From: Malacoraja senta
Taxonomy: Eukaryota
Length of the DNA: 64,000 nt
Assembly: GCA_038087875.1 (NCBI GenBank)
Contig: CM075998.1
Location: 2,668,001 to 2,732,000 of the forward strand
Direction of reading: 5' to 3'
This document shows, one piece after another, positions 1-12,460 of this stretch. A program made the position numbers and the translations under genes. The notes beneath the pieces were generated by a model. That model had not been told where the DNA came from, ran no database searches, and worked only from the letters and a program-made list of their open reading frames with translations. Position 1 is the stretch's first letter. Each line of letters starts with the position of its first letter.

Positions 1-178
1 AGACGATGTTTCAACTCGTGCAACCCGATCCGCTGAGTTTCTCCAGCACTTGGTTTCTTTTTTCATCCCAGGAACATAACATTTCCAGCCACAACTAACG
101 GCTGACGTACATTTACCCATGCCGTCCTGAACATATGCGTCGTTATTGAAAAGAGCCAGTCCAATCCGAGCCCAACTA

Positions 179-333
179 CTTAATTTTCTTGTTTAAGAAG
201 GAACTGCAGATGCTGGAAAATCGAAGGTAGACAAAAGTGCTGGAGAAACTCAGCGGGTGAGGCAGCATCTATGGAGTGAAGGAAATAGGGAACGTTTCAG
301 GCCGAAACCCTTCTTCAGACCCTTAATTTTCTT
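179..333 (-). mobile_element. Solo Penelope terminal repeat (second subfamily) with 12-bp TSD
   Basis: TSD cttaattttctt at 179-190 and 322-333; hammerhead variant at 291-318. Confidence 0.75.
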
Positions 334-2356
334 TCAAGACTGAACCAACCCAAATCCTTACAGATATGGACTGGATCCATCGGTCCTGAGATGGCCAGGC
401 CGCGTTCGGATCAAGTATTAATTTACATCAAGAATGTATTCTTTTAATTTAAGACAGGTGTGTGCGCAGTTTTAAAACCAAGTAAGATTGTATAGAAAAG
501 AACTGCCGATGCTGGTTTAAATCGAAGATAAGACACAAAATGCTGGAGTAACTCTGCGGGTCAGGCAACATCTCTGGAGAAAAGGAATGGGTGATGTTTC
601 GGGTCGAGACACTTCTTCAGAAGAACGTCACCCATTCCTTCTCTCTAGAGTTGCTGCCTGTCCGGCTGAGTTACTCCAGGCCATAAGACTATTGAACTCA
701 CAATCAAACTGATGCTAGAATTTTCTTATACATTGCCACTTTAAAAAACTTTCCTTTTTTTAACTATGCACATGAAGCACTTTTTTATGGACACACTAAG
801 CACTTTTACTGATCGCCTGATATAAATGTTATATTCTGCTGCTACTTTGAAGAGTCAATGCAACGAAATTTCGTTCAATGTGCACTGTGTCTATGTGTAT
901 ACCTGAATGACAATTAAAGTTATATTCATTCATTACTCCAGCTTTTTGTGTCTAAGATTTTCTGGTGATGCGTTATTAAGTATCTTAATCAAATTTTACT
1001 TCATTTTTAATATAAATCGAACCGTGACAATATTTCCCAACAATCAAATGTTGGAAATCATTTTTCTTTCCTCACATCAACTTCCGTTTTGTTTGCTAAC
1101 GTCAAAGCATTTTGCAACGCTAAAAGACAATCTCAGTGGATATAATTGTTCTGCAATTTGTGACTACACCTGCGAATGTGCTGTGTAGCGTGCAGTGTAT
1201 ACAGTGAAGAATAAATCGTGTTTTTTAATCAATTAAATCAACAGTGACAGAGGCACCAGGGGCGCAGAGCTAAATATCCAGTCTCCTCTGAACTCCGCAA
1301 TTTATTTGTTTCAGAGGTGCTGGTTGTTAAACATTAACCGGCGAATCCGTACTCCTTTGGAGCAGAAGCATGCCACACCTCAAAGAATTGTCAGCTCCCT
1401 CTGATCAGAATTTAGAGTGAGTGCCGTTCGGCGGAGGTCAGGTGAAGTGCATAAGTGTTCACCACACCACCCCGAGGGGAGTAAAATGTACTCGTTCAGT
1501 CATACCTGTTACACAGCGCTGCCTCATAGTGTCAACTCAAAGACAGTGGGCTCCATTGTTCCCCCGGCACAGCCTTGCGAGAGCCTGCACTCTCCCTGTT
1601 TGGACACGAAGCGCCACAGATCGATCCTCACATAAGTCAAATTGCTAGAATGCTTGCCCCCCCCTCCCATCTCCTTCCCTTCTCTCCCCTTCAATTTCAG
1701 GTAAAATAAGAAGACTCCATTATCTGCCACGGGGTGGATAGTAATTAAGTGGGATTTAATAGTTTCAGGTTTTTGAATGGTTCGCCAGGGGGCATGAGGC
1801 AATGGGCAGTAATCTCCTAATGCTTGTTTGAAGACAGATAACTCAGATCGATGCAGGGAGATGATGAGACTTCTATGCACTTGAGCACAGATACGTACAT
1901 TTCTCCAGAGATGCTGCCTGACCGGCTGAGTTACTCCAACCTTGTCTGTCTATCTTACGTGCATCTCTTTGTGCTTTGTGATAATGGGACGTTCCTGTTT
2001 GTCTGTGTTTACAAACAGGGTAACAAAGACTCGGGTTACCACGCAGCGCGGCACTGAGTAATTCGCCAAACAGAAGCCGCAAGTGCAAACTTGAAAATAA
2101 TATGAACTTTATCTGAACCCTTGGAAATGTTATTCTTCCTTCAGGTTTGTTATTTTTACGATACGTCCAATAATAAATGAATAAATAAATATTCTTTGTA
2201 ATGAAAGAACATTTACGTAAAGAGTGTGTAATTGGTAAGTGACATATGGACTTTTTTTCGGGTGGGTGAGTTCGAAATGTGTAGAAAGGAACTACAGATG
2301 CTGGTTTAAACCGAAGGGAGACACAACATGCTGGAGTAACTCAGCTGGAGAGAAGT

Positions 2357-2384
2357 CTGAAGAAGGGTCTCGACCCGAAACGTC
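2357..2384 (+). ncRNA. Minimal hammerhead ribozyme motif (Penelope-associated type)
   Basis: CTGAAGA-A-GGGT-CTCG-ACCC-GAAAC-GTC: CUGANGA box, stem II, GAAA box, ACGU palindrome and GUC cleavage triplet. Confidence 0.6.
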
Positions 2385-2585
2385 ACCCATTCCTTCTCTC
2401 CAGAGATGCTACCTGTCCCGCTGAGTTACTGCAGCTTTTTGTGTCTATCAACGAGTTCGATTCAGGCATGGACTCAATCACGTTCAACAAAGTGATATGA
2501 TGACGCTTGGAAATTCACAATCGATCTCTCCTGATGTTGTGAATTGCCTTGAAAATACAACACTTCTCCAGCTACATTGAATCAA

Positions 2586-2599
2586 ACGCCATCTGGTGG
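2586..2599 (-). promoter_or_regulatory. CTCF core motif match
   Basis: Minus strand CCACCAGATGGCGT, 13/14 match to the consensus. Confidence 0.4.
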
Positions 2600-2819
2600 A
2601 TGTACCGACAACTGCCGGCATAGAAGGGCGATGCCCAAATAAGGAGAGTCAGTGTACCTATGCGTGTACTAGAAAGTCATGATTAATCGCAGCACATCAC
2701 GCTACCTCGTGACAGTAAACACTTCATGTTCTGCAATATTTTTCTATTTGATCATATCATGACCACGCCGGTGTGTGTCAGCTCTGACATGGTGGATTTG
2801 CGCCCTTGCCTGTGTGATT

Positions 2820-3150
2820 CAGAAAGACTGCGGGTTCGAGTCTCACGCCAGCGACTTCAGTTGACGCTCTGGTGCCGTGGTCAGGGAATGCTGTGGTTTC
2901 AGAAGCGAGGGCTTCTCAGAGGAGATGTAACCCCAAGGCCATGTCTGTTTCACAGATCTGTGGCGCTGTTTTGACACAGACTAAGGGAAGTTCTTTCTAA
3001 TGCTGGTATTTATCCCTCAAGCTAAACTATCTGGTGATTATGGCATTGCTGTCCGTGGGATCTTGCTGTGCACAAATGGGCTGCCATGTTTTCTGCAGGA
3101 CAGGCGATTCTTCTTCAAAATGTCTGTAAAGCATTTTAGGACATTCTGCT
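2820..3150 (+). mobile_element. DeuSINE-like (SacSINE1/AmnSINE1-related) ancient SINE
   Basis: B-box GGTTCGAGTC, then Deu-domain-like tatttatccctcaa...tatctggtgattatggcattgctgtccgtgggatcttgctgtgcacaaatgggctgcc and an L2-like tail. Confidence 0.6.
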
Positions 3151-5689
3151 GTTTTTTTCTTTTCCATTCCATACTGGTAGACTAGCAAAAAACATTTTAA
3201 ACTAGAGATTTATATTATTAGCAAGGCCCAAAGGAGTGCGATACACAAGTACTTCATGATTTTTTGTTCTGCTTACATTATTTGGAAGAGTATCCTAAGC
3301 TCCGGCCTGTTGATCTGGAGTTTAGTGGCTCCAGTGACCCGGGGTTCGATCCTGACCTCCGGTGTTCTCTGTTTTTTCCTGGGAATGTGTGAATTTCCGT
3401 GTGGTTGATGGGTATGTGAGGAGAATAAAATTGGATAGGTGTAAGATAGGTAGTCGTGGAATCGTAGAGAGATACTCACAGTAATAGCACCGAGTCTGTG
3501 TCAGAGGTCTCATTAAATAAAAATTCTCCTCACATTTCCATGGATTTCTCCAGACTGGAGCACTTAGCTACATATTAGAAGCTATTACAATGACCAATTA
3601 ACCTACCAACCCGCACACCAGAAGATGTGGGAGGATACCGGAGCACCAGAGGAAAATCCAAACGGTCACAGACAGCAGCGGAAGTCGGGATCAAACCAGG
3701 GATTCGGTTGTAGAGGCAGCAGCTCTACCAGTTGCACCACAGCGCTGCCAAAATGGGTCTGCAGCAACATATACTCATAAGTATTCACAATATGTTGCTA
3801 CCACTAACTTTTTTAATTTTCAGATTTATCTCTTGATTTAAAATTATTTAGCTACATCTCAGAATCAAATATGCAAGTATTGAATATTAATTTTATGACT
3901 TAACCCCTAAAATGATCATATCCACATACAATACATGCATTTGAAATCTAAGTGGGAATTTGGCCCGTCTCCTTGGGTTGGGTTCACATCTGTGGTAATA
4001 AGGTCATAAGTGATAGGAGTAGAATTAGGCCATTTGGCCCATCAGGTGTATTCGGCCCATTCAATCATGGCTGATATATCTCTCCCCCCTAACCCCATTC
4101 TCCTGCCTTCTCCCCATAACCTCTGACACCTGTACTAATCAAAAATGTAATGCCTTAAAAATATCCACTTTGGAACAGGTTATTCAGCTGCCCATCCAAC
4201 TGTAGCTAGTGCATGATGTGGCAACAGCCCCCGGGGGGACGAATATTAGGCAAGGGTCACTCTTCAGTGTAAAAGCCAATAACTGGATAGCCACAAGACA
4301 TCCAGACCACAGTCATGAAATGTCAAAGACTAGAGGGCTTAGCTTTAAGGTGAGAGGGACAAGGTTTAAAGGATCTGTGCGAGGCAAGTGTTTATTTTTA
4401 CGCACAGAGGGTGGTGGGTACCTGAAGCACACTGCCAGGTGTGGTTGTGGAGGCAGGTACGATAGTGGTATTTAAGAGGCTTGAAGATTGCCATTTGGAT
4501 ATGCAGGGAATGGAGGGTATGGATCACGTGCAGGCAGAGAAGATTAGTTTATCTTGGCATCATGCTCAGCACCGACAATGTGGGCCAAAGGGCCTGTTCC
4601 TGTGCTGTACTGTTCGACATTCTAAGTTGGACTGTCTGTAATATTTAATGCTGTCAACTACATCTCCGAACTGTCAGGAATTCTGCACAGATGTCAATCT
4701 GTACCTTAAGGGTAAAGGCAGCCAGTAACTGGCAGGTTGTACAGCAAGGGCAAAGTATGGAAATGAAATGCTTCACAATACATGTGAAAGTGAAATCTTA
4801 CCTCTCAGCTAAGTTAGTAGAAAGGAGGTCAGCAAATGGAAAGACCCATTAAGTTCAGCTGATCCTTCAAAGCTACTTGGAAGAAATGCTCATGGCTTTC
4901 TTTATAAGCAGTGCCTTGATGTCAAAAGCCTCACGTCTGGATTTTGTCTCCTTTGTTCAAAGCTGTAACAAGGTCTGATTCGAGTTAATCACCCCAGCTT
5001 TGTTGTCACTAGTATTTCACACCCAGTGTCAGGAAGTTCAAAATGCTTTCTCCAAACAGACCCCAGCTGAAAGGGAGAATGTGTGGAAATGGCTTGTAGT
5101 TTGCTATCAGTTGAAAGAGAAGGAAGTGGGAAGGAACTGCAGATGCTGGTTTACATAAAGATGGACACAAAATGCTGGAGTGACTCAGCGGGACAGGCAG
5201 CATCTCTGGATGGAAGGAATTGGTGACGTTTCGGGTCGAGAGCCAGTCTGAAGAAGGGTCTCAACCAAAAACATCACCAATTCCAATTAGGCTGAGGGTT
5301 AGGTTTAGTGGGAGTTGGACCAAAGGGCCTGTTAGGATGAGTTTGACCAAAGGGCCTGTTTCCGCGCTATCTAACTCTATGACTATGACAATTCTTTGAT
5401 GAAACAGTGAGAGAGTGCAAACAAGTGATCAAATAGCAGAAAGTTGGCAAAACAATACAAAGACGAAACACCAGGTTGGTGTAATGGATTGGCACAATTA
5501 ATACACAATAATTTCTGCTCATAAAAGCCAACTATTTTGTAACGTCAATGCCTGGAAAAGGTATCAGGTCTGTCAGGCCGAAACTATTAACTCTTGGTGA
5601 AAGCTACCAGTTATTTTGATGCACTTAAATGTGCATTTAGTGCTTCCTGCATTTGCCTTTAATCATTAACACAATCTGCGTGCCCCAGT

Positions 5690-5904
5690 ACAATGGAAAG
5701 AGAAGGTACACAAAAATGTTGGAGAAACTCAGCGGGTGCAGCAGCATCTATGGAGCGAAGGAAATAGGTAACGTTTCGGGCCGAAACGTTGCCTATTTCC
5801 TTCGCTCCATAGATGCTGCTGCACCCGCTGAGTTTCTCCAGCATTTTTGTGTACCTTCGATTTTCCAGCAGCTGCAGTTCCTTCTTTAACACAATGGAAA
5901 GAGA
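5690..5904 (+). mobile_element. Penelope terminal-repeat fold-back element with 14-bp TSD
   Basis: Near-perfect arms of about 76 bp centred on gtttcgggccgaaac; TSD acaatggaaagaga at 5690-5703 and 5891-5904. Confidence 0.85.
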
Positions 5905-7214
5905 TTCTGATCTGCAAATTTCCTGAAAACTGAAAGCAAACATTAAAATGCAGAAGGAGCTGGCCGAGTTGCACATTTTCACCCATTCCCCGTCCCCTGC
6001 CGATAATCAAAAGCAATTTGTATTTCATAACCAGGAGCCTGTGCAATGCTTTCCCACAATAGAAGGAGCCTGTGTCTAACCACAGGTAAGTCTGAAAGAT
6101 CAAACAGCTGGAAGTGCTGGAGCAGCCTCTGGGGCCTGTGTGTCAGGTTTATGGCATCCTATTACTCATTCACAGCTTCAAAGGGAGACTCTGTGACTTA
6201 AAAAATATTAACCCTGTGCGTGCAACATGCCCAGCACCGCCTTTAAAGATCTTGACAACAATGCCTGGTCATTGGTCAGGGGTGGAGTACAAAGAGGCAT
6301 TCAGTCCAAAAGATGCTTTGGGGCCATTGTGGATATTAATGAGACAGACACAAGTGTGTATACAAGCTCAAATCCAGTAAAGGACCCACTAACACTTTGT
6401 AATGTATCCCTGGCTGCCTGATAGTATTTTGTAATGAAGATGATATCCTGTCAAAAAGGTATAATATTTCAGCGAAATACTGTCAGCTGACAGTATTTGT
6501 GTCACATCCAAATCTCATTGGGAGATTCTCCTTTGTCTTTGCCCCGCTTCTCCTGCCCTGAGGTACGGCTCCTCGTGCTGTCCTGGGCAACCGCGGTCCT
6601 CACGCAAGCGGCCAAGCTTCCAGTGGAAGCCGGAGGCCACTATTTGGCCTCCGCAATGCAGTGCCTTTGTGACCACTCCCACCTTCTCCTGTTAAGAACA
6701 AGAGGATCAGGAGCTGGTTGCTCGAGCCTGCTCTACCATTCAATAAGATCGTGGCTGATCTCGTCTTATCCTCGGCTTCACCTGCCTGCCGGTTTCCCAT
6801 AATCTTTATGTGTAGGAAGGAACTGCAGATGCTGGTTTAAACCGAAGAGAGACACAAAAAGCTGGAGTCATCCAGCGGGACAGGCAGCATCTCTGGAGAG
6901 AAGGAATGGGTGACGTTTCAGATCGAGGCCCTAATGGTCATTCATTAACTGGAGATGATTTGCAGAAATTCCCATCCTGTCAATGGTTTGCCAACATCAC
7001 ATTTTCCAGTTTGAATCACAGAGGTCAGTAGAGGAGGAAAATGTTCCGACACTCAAGGTAAACAATCATAAGAATCATAAAATCATGAGCTCACAACTCA
7101 GATTCCACTTGGGCATCTTACAACTTAACTGTATGGACATTGAATTCTCCGATTATAGGTAACCTCTAACAACCCCCCCCCCCCCCCCTCCCCTTTCACC
7201 TCCACATTAAGATT

Positions 7215-7518
7215 GGCACAGTGGCGCAGCGGTAGAACTGCTGCTTTACGGCGCCAGAGACCCACGTTCAATCCTGACTACAGGTGCTGTCTGTATGGAG
7301 TTTGTATGTTTTCCCTGAGACTGGGTGGGTTGTCTCCAGGTGCTCTGGTTTCCTCCCACATTCCAAAGACGTGCAGGTTTGTAGGTTAAATGGCTTCTGT
7401 AAATTGCCCCCAGTGTGTAGGATGCGAAACTGGGACAACCAGTGCACAGGTGTTTATTGGTCAGCACGGACTCAGTGGGATGAAGGGCCTGTTTCCACAC
7501 TTTGTAAATCAAACCAAA
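7215..7518 (+). mobile_element. HE1-type tRNA-derived V-SINE, full length
   Basis: A-box-like TGGCGCAGCGG and B-box-like GTTCAATCC head, V-domain core (GGTGCTCTGGTTTCCTCCCACATTCCAAAGACGTGCAGG), and CR1-shared tail GAAGGGCCTGTTTCC. Confidence 0.8.
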
Positions 7519-7844
7519 CACCCCTCCCCTTTCTCCCCCGCGCACCCTTTCCCCACTCCCTCCCCTCCCCTGTGCTCCAGCTGGACACACACCTTTTACT
7601 CTCCTCACCCTCCCACATTCCTTCCTCTGGCTTCACAATTTGTAACTCTTCAATTAGTCTGTCGCACACCTCCTGCTTTAATCTCTGGCTTTGTTCCAAC
7701 CATCTGCCCATCCCAAACAAAAACCTCGCCTGTGCCCACTTATTACCATGCTGTGTCCTGCCTCTCCCCTCCTCTCCCCTCCTCTCCCCTCATCCAGCTT
7801 TCCTCTGCCCCCTTCTGTAATCAGTCCGAAGCTGGGTCATGACC

Positions 7845-8172
7845 TGAAACGTAACCTATCCATGTTCCCCATAGATGCTGCCTGACCCGCTGAGTTACTC
7901 CAGCACTCTGTGAAACGTCACCTATCCATGTTCTCCACAGATGCTGCCTGACCCGCTGAGTTACTCCAGCACTCTGTGAAACGTCACCTATCCATGTTCT
8001 CCACAGATGCTGCCTGACCCGCTGAGTTACTCCAGCACTCTGTGAAACGTCACCTATCCATGTTCTCCACAGATGCTGCCTGACCCGCTGAGTTACTCCA
8101 GCACTCTGTGAAACGTCACCTATCCATGTTCTCCACAGATGCTGCCTGACCCGCTGAATTACTCCAGCACTT
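7845..8172 (+). repeat. Tandem array, 5 x 66 bp (Penelope terminal-repeat derived)
   Basis: Unit tgaaacgtcacctatccatgttctccacagatgctgcctgacccgctgagttactccagcactctg starts at 7845, 7911, 7977, 8043 and 8109. Confidence 0.95.
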
Positions 8173-8996
8173 GGTGTCCTCTTGTGTAAACCAGCATCTG
8201 CAGTTCCTTGTTTCTAAATCACAAACAAATGGTCACTTTAAATCAATCTGGATCCAGTCACAGCCAACAAGTGATATTAAATCAACCGATTCAATGTCCA
8301 AACTACATCACGTTGTCACCTGGTAGTTTGTTAAATCCCGAGTTCTGTCTTGTATAAAAACACTTGGAAAAATGTTGGAACACCAATCACCTTGTTGAAC
8401 GGATACAGTTTCATCTCTGAATCAGCAGGCATTTTAAAACTGTTGGATGAGCCCTTTGATGTGGGTTTTCCTCTTAAATATTTCTGGTAATTTTTTTGGT
8501 GACTGTATGTGTGATAAGGTGTTGGAATCCTGCCCATGAACCTGTTTCAGAGGCAGGTGTCCATGTTGGAAGCCTCTCTCAACTGCTGCTTGTTGCTGGG
8601 TTGGGAACCCCGATTTTGCTATTAAAACCTCTTTGCGGAACTGGCTTTGTTTTAACAAATTGAAGCCAAACCATGTCAAACCATGGCAAAGGTGCAGGCA
8701 TTTCGAAAGCCAAAGTAGTAGTTTTAGTTTCCTTTGGATATTGAACAATTCAAAAGTAACAACAGAAGGGTGGAATTCTGAGTGAGTCTCACCACCACTC
8801 TTCAGCACTGCTAACAGAACAGACACTTCCTTTCCTTCACAGAATCGCAGAACAAGGTCATTTGCCCGTTGAGTCTCTGCCAGGCAAAAACGGAATTGAG
8901 GTTAATCCTTCATCCAGTTTCCCAGTCCGTAGCCCTGCTTTAAGCAATCATTCAGTTACTTTTTAAATATAGAGCTTGATTCCAGGTCCACCATTG

Positions 8997-9273
8997 GTTA
9001 GTTTAGAGATACAGAGTGGAAACGGGCCCTTCGGCCCACCGAGTCCGTGCCGACCAGCGATCACTCCGTACACTAGCACTATCCAACACTAGGGCCAATT
9101 TACAATTTTACCGAAGCCAATTAACCTACAAACCTGCACACCTTTGGAGTGTGGGAGGAAACCGGAGCACCCGAAGAAATCCCACGCAGCCACAGGGAGA
9201 ACGTAAAACTCCGCGCAGTCAGCACCCGTAGTCAGGGCCTCTGGCGCTGTAAGGCAGCAGTTCTACCACTGCT
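8997..9273 (-). mobile_element. HE1-type V-SINE
   Basis: Reverse complement of the same V-domain and tail. Confidence 0.8.
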
Positions 9274-11916
9274 TATCCTGTTTTTAAAAGTAAACGTTTA
9301 TTTTCAGCAAAACTGTCCATGTGGAGTTTGCACGTTCTCCCTGTGACCGCATTGTTTTTTTCCAGTTGCTCTGTTTTCCTTTCACATTCCAAAGGCCTGT
9401 GGGTTGGTAGATTAATTGGCCTCTGTAAATTGCCCCTAGTTTTTTGTGGGTGGCGCAGTTGATGGGAATGCAAGAAGAATAAAATGAGATTAGTGCAAAT
9501 GGTTGCTTGGTAGTTGGCATGGACTCAACAGGACAAATGGACTGTTTCCATGCTGTATGATTCTATGACCAATAAAAAAAAGAACTCGTATTGCAAGCCT
9601 GTTTTCACTTAGGTTAGGTCGAACTCTATTTTGTCACTTCTAATGTAATCATGCCGAGACAGTACTGTTTGCTAGTTAAGCTATCTTTGCCAGCAGTTTA
9701 TTTGGCAGGTATTACAGTAACAAGGACAAGTTACAGTTACTATTGGATAATCTATTAAGTCATTGAACACACGTCTGAACTGAAAATCATTCCTCTCACG
9801 GAATTTAAAAAAACAAAAAACAAATGATTAAAGTATTAGAGAGACTTTTAATATCTCCGAAAACAGATGGTTGGCACGCTACTAATCAAAGATTCTGGCT
9901 TGATAAGAGCTTCACACTCAAGACATGTCATCCTCTTATGAAGTTGGTGCCAGTCATAATAGTTTTACAAGGAAATTTGATTCTATTTTTATAAAACACA
10001 TTGTAAAGGCATCTTAAGAGTAAAACTTTGAAGTAGGAGGAAGTCTTAATCTGAAGTGTAGCGATGATTGATTTTTGTTGAATGCCACAACCTATTGCTA
10101 TTATCTCTGAAGCTGGAAGATATTTTTCATTAAACAACCGTGGTCATTATTTCAATAGAATGCGTTTGAACAGAGTGAATTATTTTCACATATTTTTGAT
10201 CCACTGCACTTCATTCAGCCTTGCTGAGTCAAAAGGTGGAATGAGTTGGGACAGATGAAAGACCATAAGACAGAGACATGACATGCGAACTATGTGGGCA
10301 AATCCAGGCAGTCTAAGAACCCCCCCATTCTGGGGGGGGGGGGCGGGGGAGATGGGGGATGGGCGGAAAAGGGGGGGAAAGGGACAGAATGTGATTAATT
10401 GTGAAGAAAGGAAAGTATGAGTGAAAAAGACAAGAGTTGTGGAGTTATAAAGATCGTGCCAAAGCTACTTTGATCTTTTCCTCTTCCATCTGCACTTGGA
10501 CCCACACCCTTTTCGTCACCTCCCCCACTGCCCTCCCACCCACTCGGAGGCGCCAGCCGCACCTCAACTGCCCCATGTCTCTCCCCACCAACCATGCCTT
10601 TGATTAACCTACCTAATAATTTGCCTGTGGGGGGAGAAAACACTGCACAGTAATGCTACCAATCCTCTGACCTGCAAAAGCTTTAAGAAAAATATTTTTA
10701 CACCTCAACTATTGCAAATATGCAAAGTGAAAATTAATTCCAATGGAGACCTGGAAGAAGACTGTGTGCAGTTGCCATTTACAAGGAAGCCTCCAGGAGT
10801 CTGTTTGCTTTGCTTTAGTGATGGTTAATGATAAAGGTCAGCTCAGGATACATACAAAGTGCTGGAATCTAGTTAATAATGAGCACATCTTTCAACATGA
10901 AACTCTTGTTGGTGAGGCTCAAGCTGTCTCTTTATATGGTATGGACTTGGCTTTTGAAATGTTCTGTTGTGGTTTAAAACTTCTGTCTGAACTTAAATCT
11001 GTTTCTAATTTTGGTGTTGGATGATTATTTCTCAAACAAACAGGAACATCTGATAAAACTGTGGTTGCTTCGTGGGACAAACATTTTTCATTGCCTTCTA
11101 ATCTTTCAGTGCATGCTTCTCATCTTCTGCAAGACAATGTATAATCCTTAAACGATGAATTGACATTTAAAAAATAATGATTTTAGCCTTTGTAAATATT
11201 GTTTGTATGAATCCACTTAGTAAAATACTGCTAAGAATTTGTCCCTTCACCAAAAATATGCGTTAGAGCAAAATTTTCAATAAACACAGACACACAATCA
11301 AAGAGCAATATGCTTCAAATAACTTGAAATATTAAAAAGCCCCACAAAGCTACAAAAGTTCTAAAAGAAAATCTTTTCTCTCCAAACAATATCATACTTG
11401 TATTTAATTTATTGTACTTAAATGTGTTGTTATATTTCAAAGCTTACATTCCTTATGGTTATTCCTAGTCGTACTCAAATTGATTATTATTCTCTTTCGT
11501 ATTACCCATCAGAGTCTCATCATCAGCCTCCAGAATGAGAACAAAGTATGGGGAAACTGTAGTATGTTATTCCGAGGCTAAGAATTCTCTTTGTAAAGAA
11601 CAGCACTTAATCTTCAAGATAGACATGAGGGAAATGGGGGAAAAATTGGCCTTGTTAACTGGAGAGCAGTTTTTTGGCTATCGGATTGATTAAACTAATC
11701 CTAGATGAATACTGATAGGAGTCGGGAAACAGCGGGGAAGCCAAAACATCCAAAGGATTCAACATCCTCAAAACTCAAGCCAACATTGACTGATGGTGCT
11801 TTCAGTAAGGAGGTTTATTCACACAGTATTATTTTAATTGTATCTCATAGAGTCATAGAGCCTTACAGCAGGGAAACAGGCCCTTAAGCCCAACTTGCCC
11901 ACACCGGCCAACATGT

Positions 11917-12460
11917 CCCGCCTGCAACTGGTCCAAAACGCCGCAGCGAGACTCCTGATGGGCACCCGAAAAAGGACCACATCAGCCCGATCCTGGCCTC
12001 TCTCCACTGGCTCCCTGTGCGGTTCCGTATAAACTTCAAGATCCTCCTCTATATCTACAAAGCCCTCAATGGGCTTGCCCCCACCTACATTAAAAAGTCT
12101 TCTCACCCACCACTCCACCTCCAGGCCCCTCAGATCGGCCGACTTGGGGTTGCTGAATATCCCACGGTCTAGGCATAAGCTCAGGGGCGACCGCGCCTTT
12201 ACGGTTGCAGCCCCTAGACTGTGGAGCAGCATCCCCTTTCCCATCAGAACCGCCCCCTCCATCGACTCTTTTAAGTCAAGACTAAAGACTTATCTATACT
12301 CCCAAGCCTTTCCTGACGTCCTCTGAGTGAGGGCTATATGTATATATGTATGTAGTTTGTTTTGTTTGTGCTATTCTTATAACAAATGTAAAGCACTTTG
12401 GCCAACGAGAGTTGTTTTTTAAATGTGCTATATAAATAAATGTGACTTGACTTGACTTGA
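11917..12460 (+). mobile_element. L2-clade LINE 3' fragment nested in a CR1 tail
   Basis: SRLQLVQNAAARLL...HISPILASLHWLPVRFRINFKILL...GDRAFTVAAPRLWSSIP...SIDSFKSRLKTYLY; tail AATAAA plus (GACTT)n. Confidence 0.9.

Larger units (their letters stand above)
7104..8216 (+). mobile_element. Penelope-like element 3' fragment with a nested HE1-type SINE and a 66-bp tandem array in its terminal repeat
   Basis: Degenerate endonuclease end (ttccacttgggcatcttacaacttaactgtatggacattgaattc), pyrimidine-rich 3' region, and terminal repeat ending ccagcatctgcagttccttgtttcta. Confidence 0.65.

Noticed and set aside
1252..1266. CTCF-like GGCACCAGGGGCGCA
   Set aside because: One G short of the core spacing, so it does not align to the consensus.
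7215..7290. tRNA gene-like A/B boxes
   Set aside because: Head of a tRNA-derived SINE running into the V-domain; no cloverleaf.
7845..8172. CRISPR-like reading of the 66-bp arrays
   Set aside because: No variable spacers, no cas genes, vertebrate context.
8331..8826. Two overlapping minus-strand ORFs in unique sequence
   Set aside because: No recognisable domain or convincing splice sites; could be a decayed element but cannot be supported.
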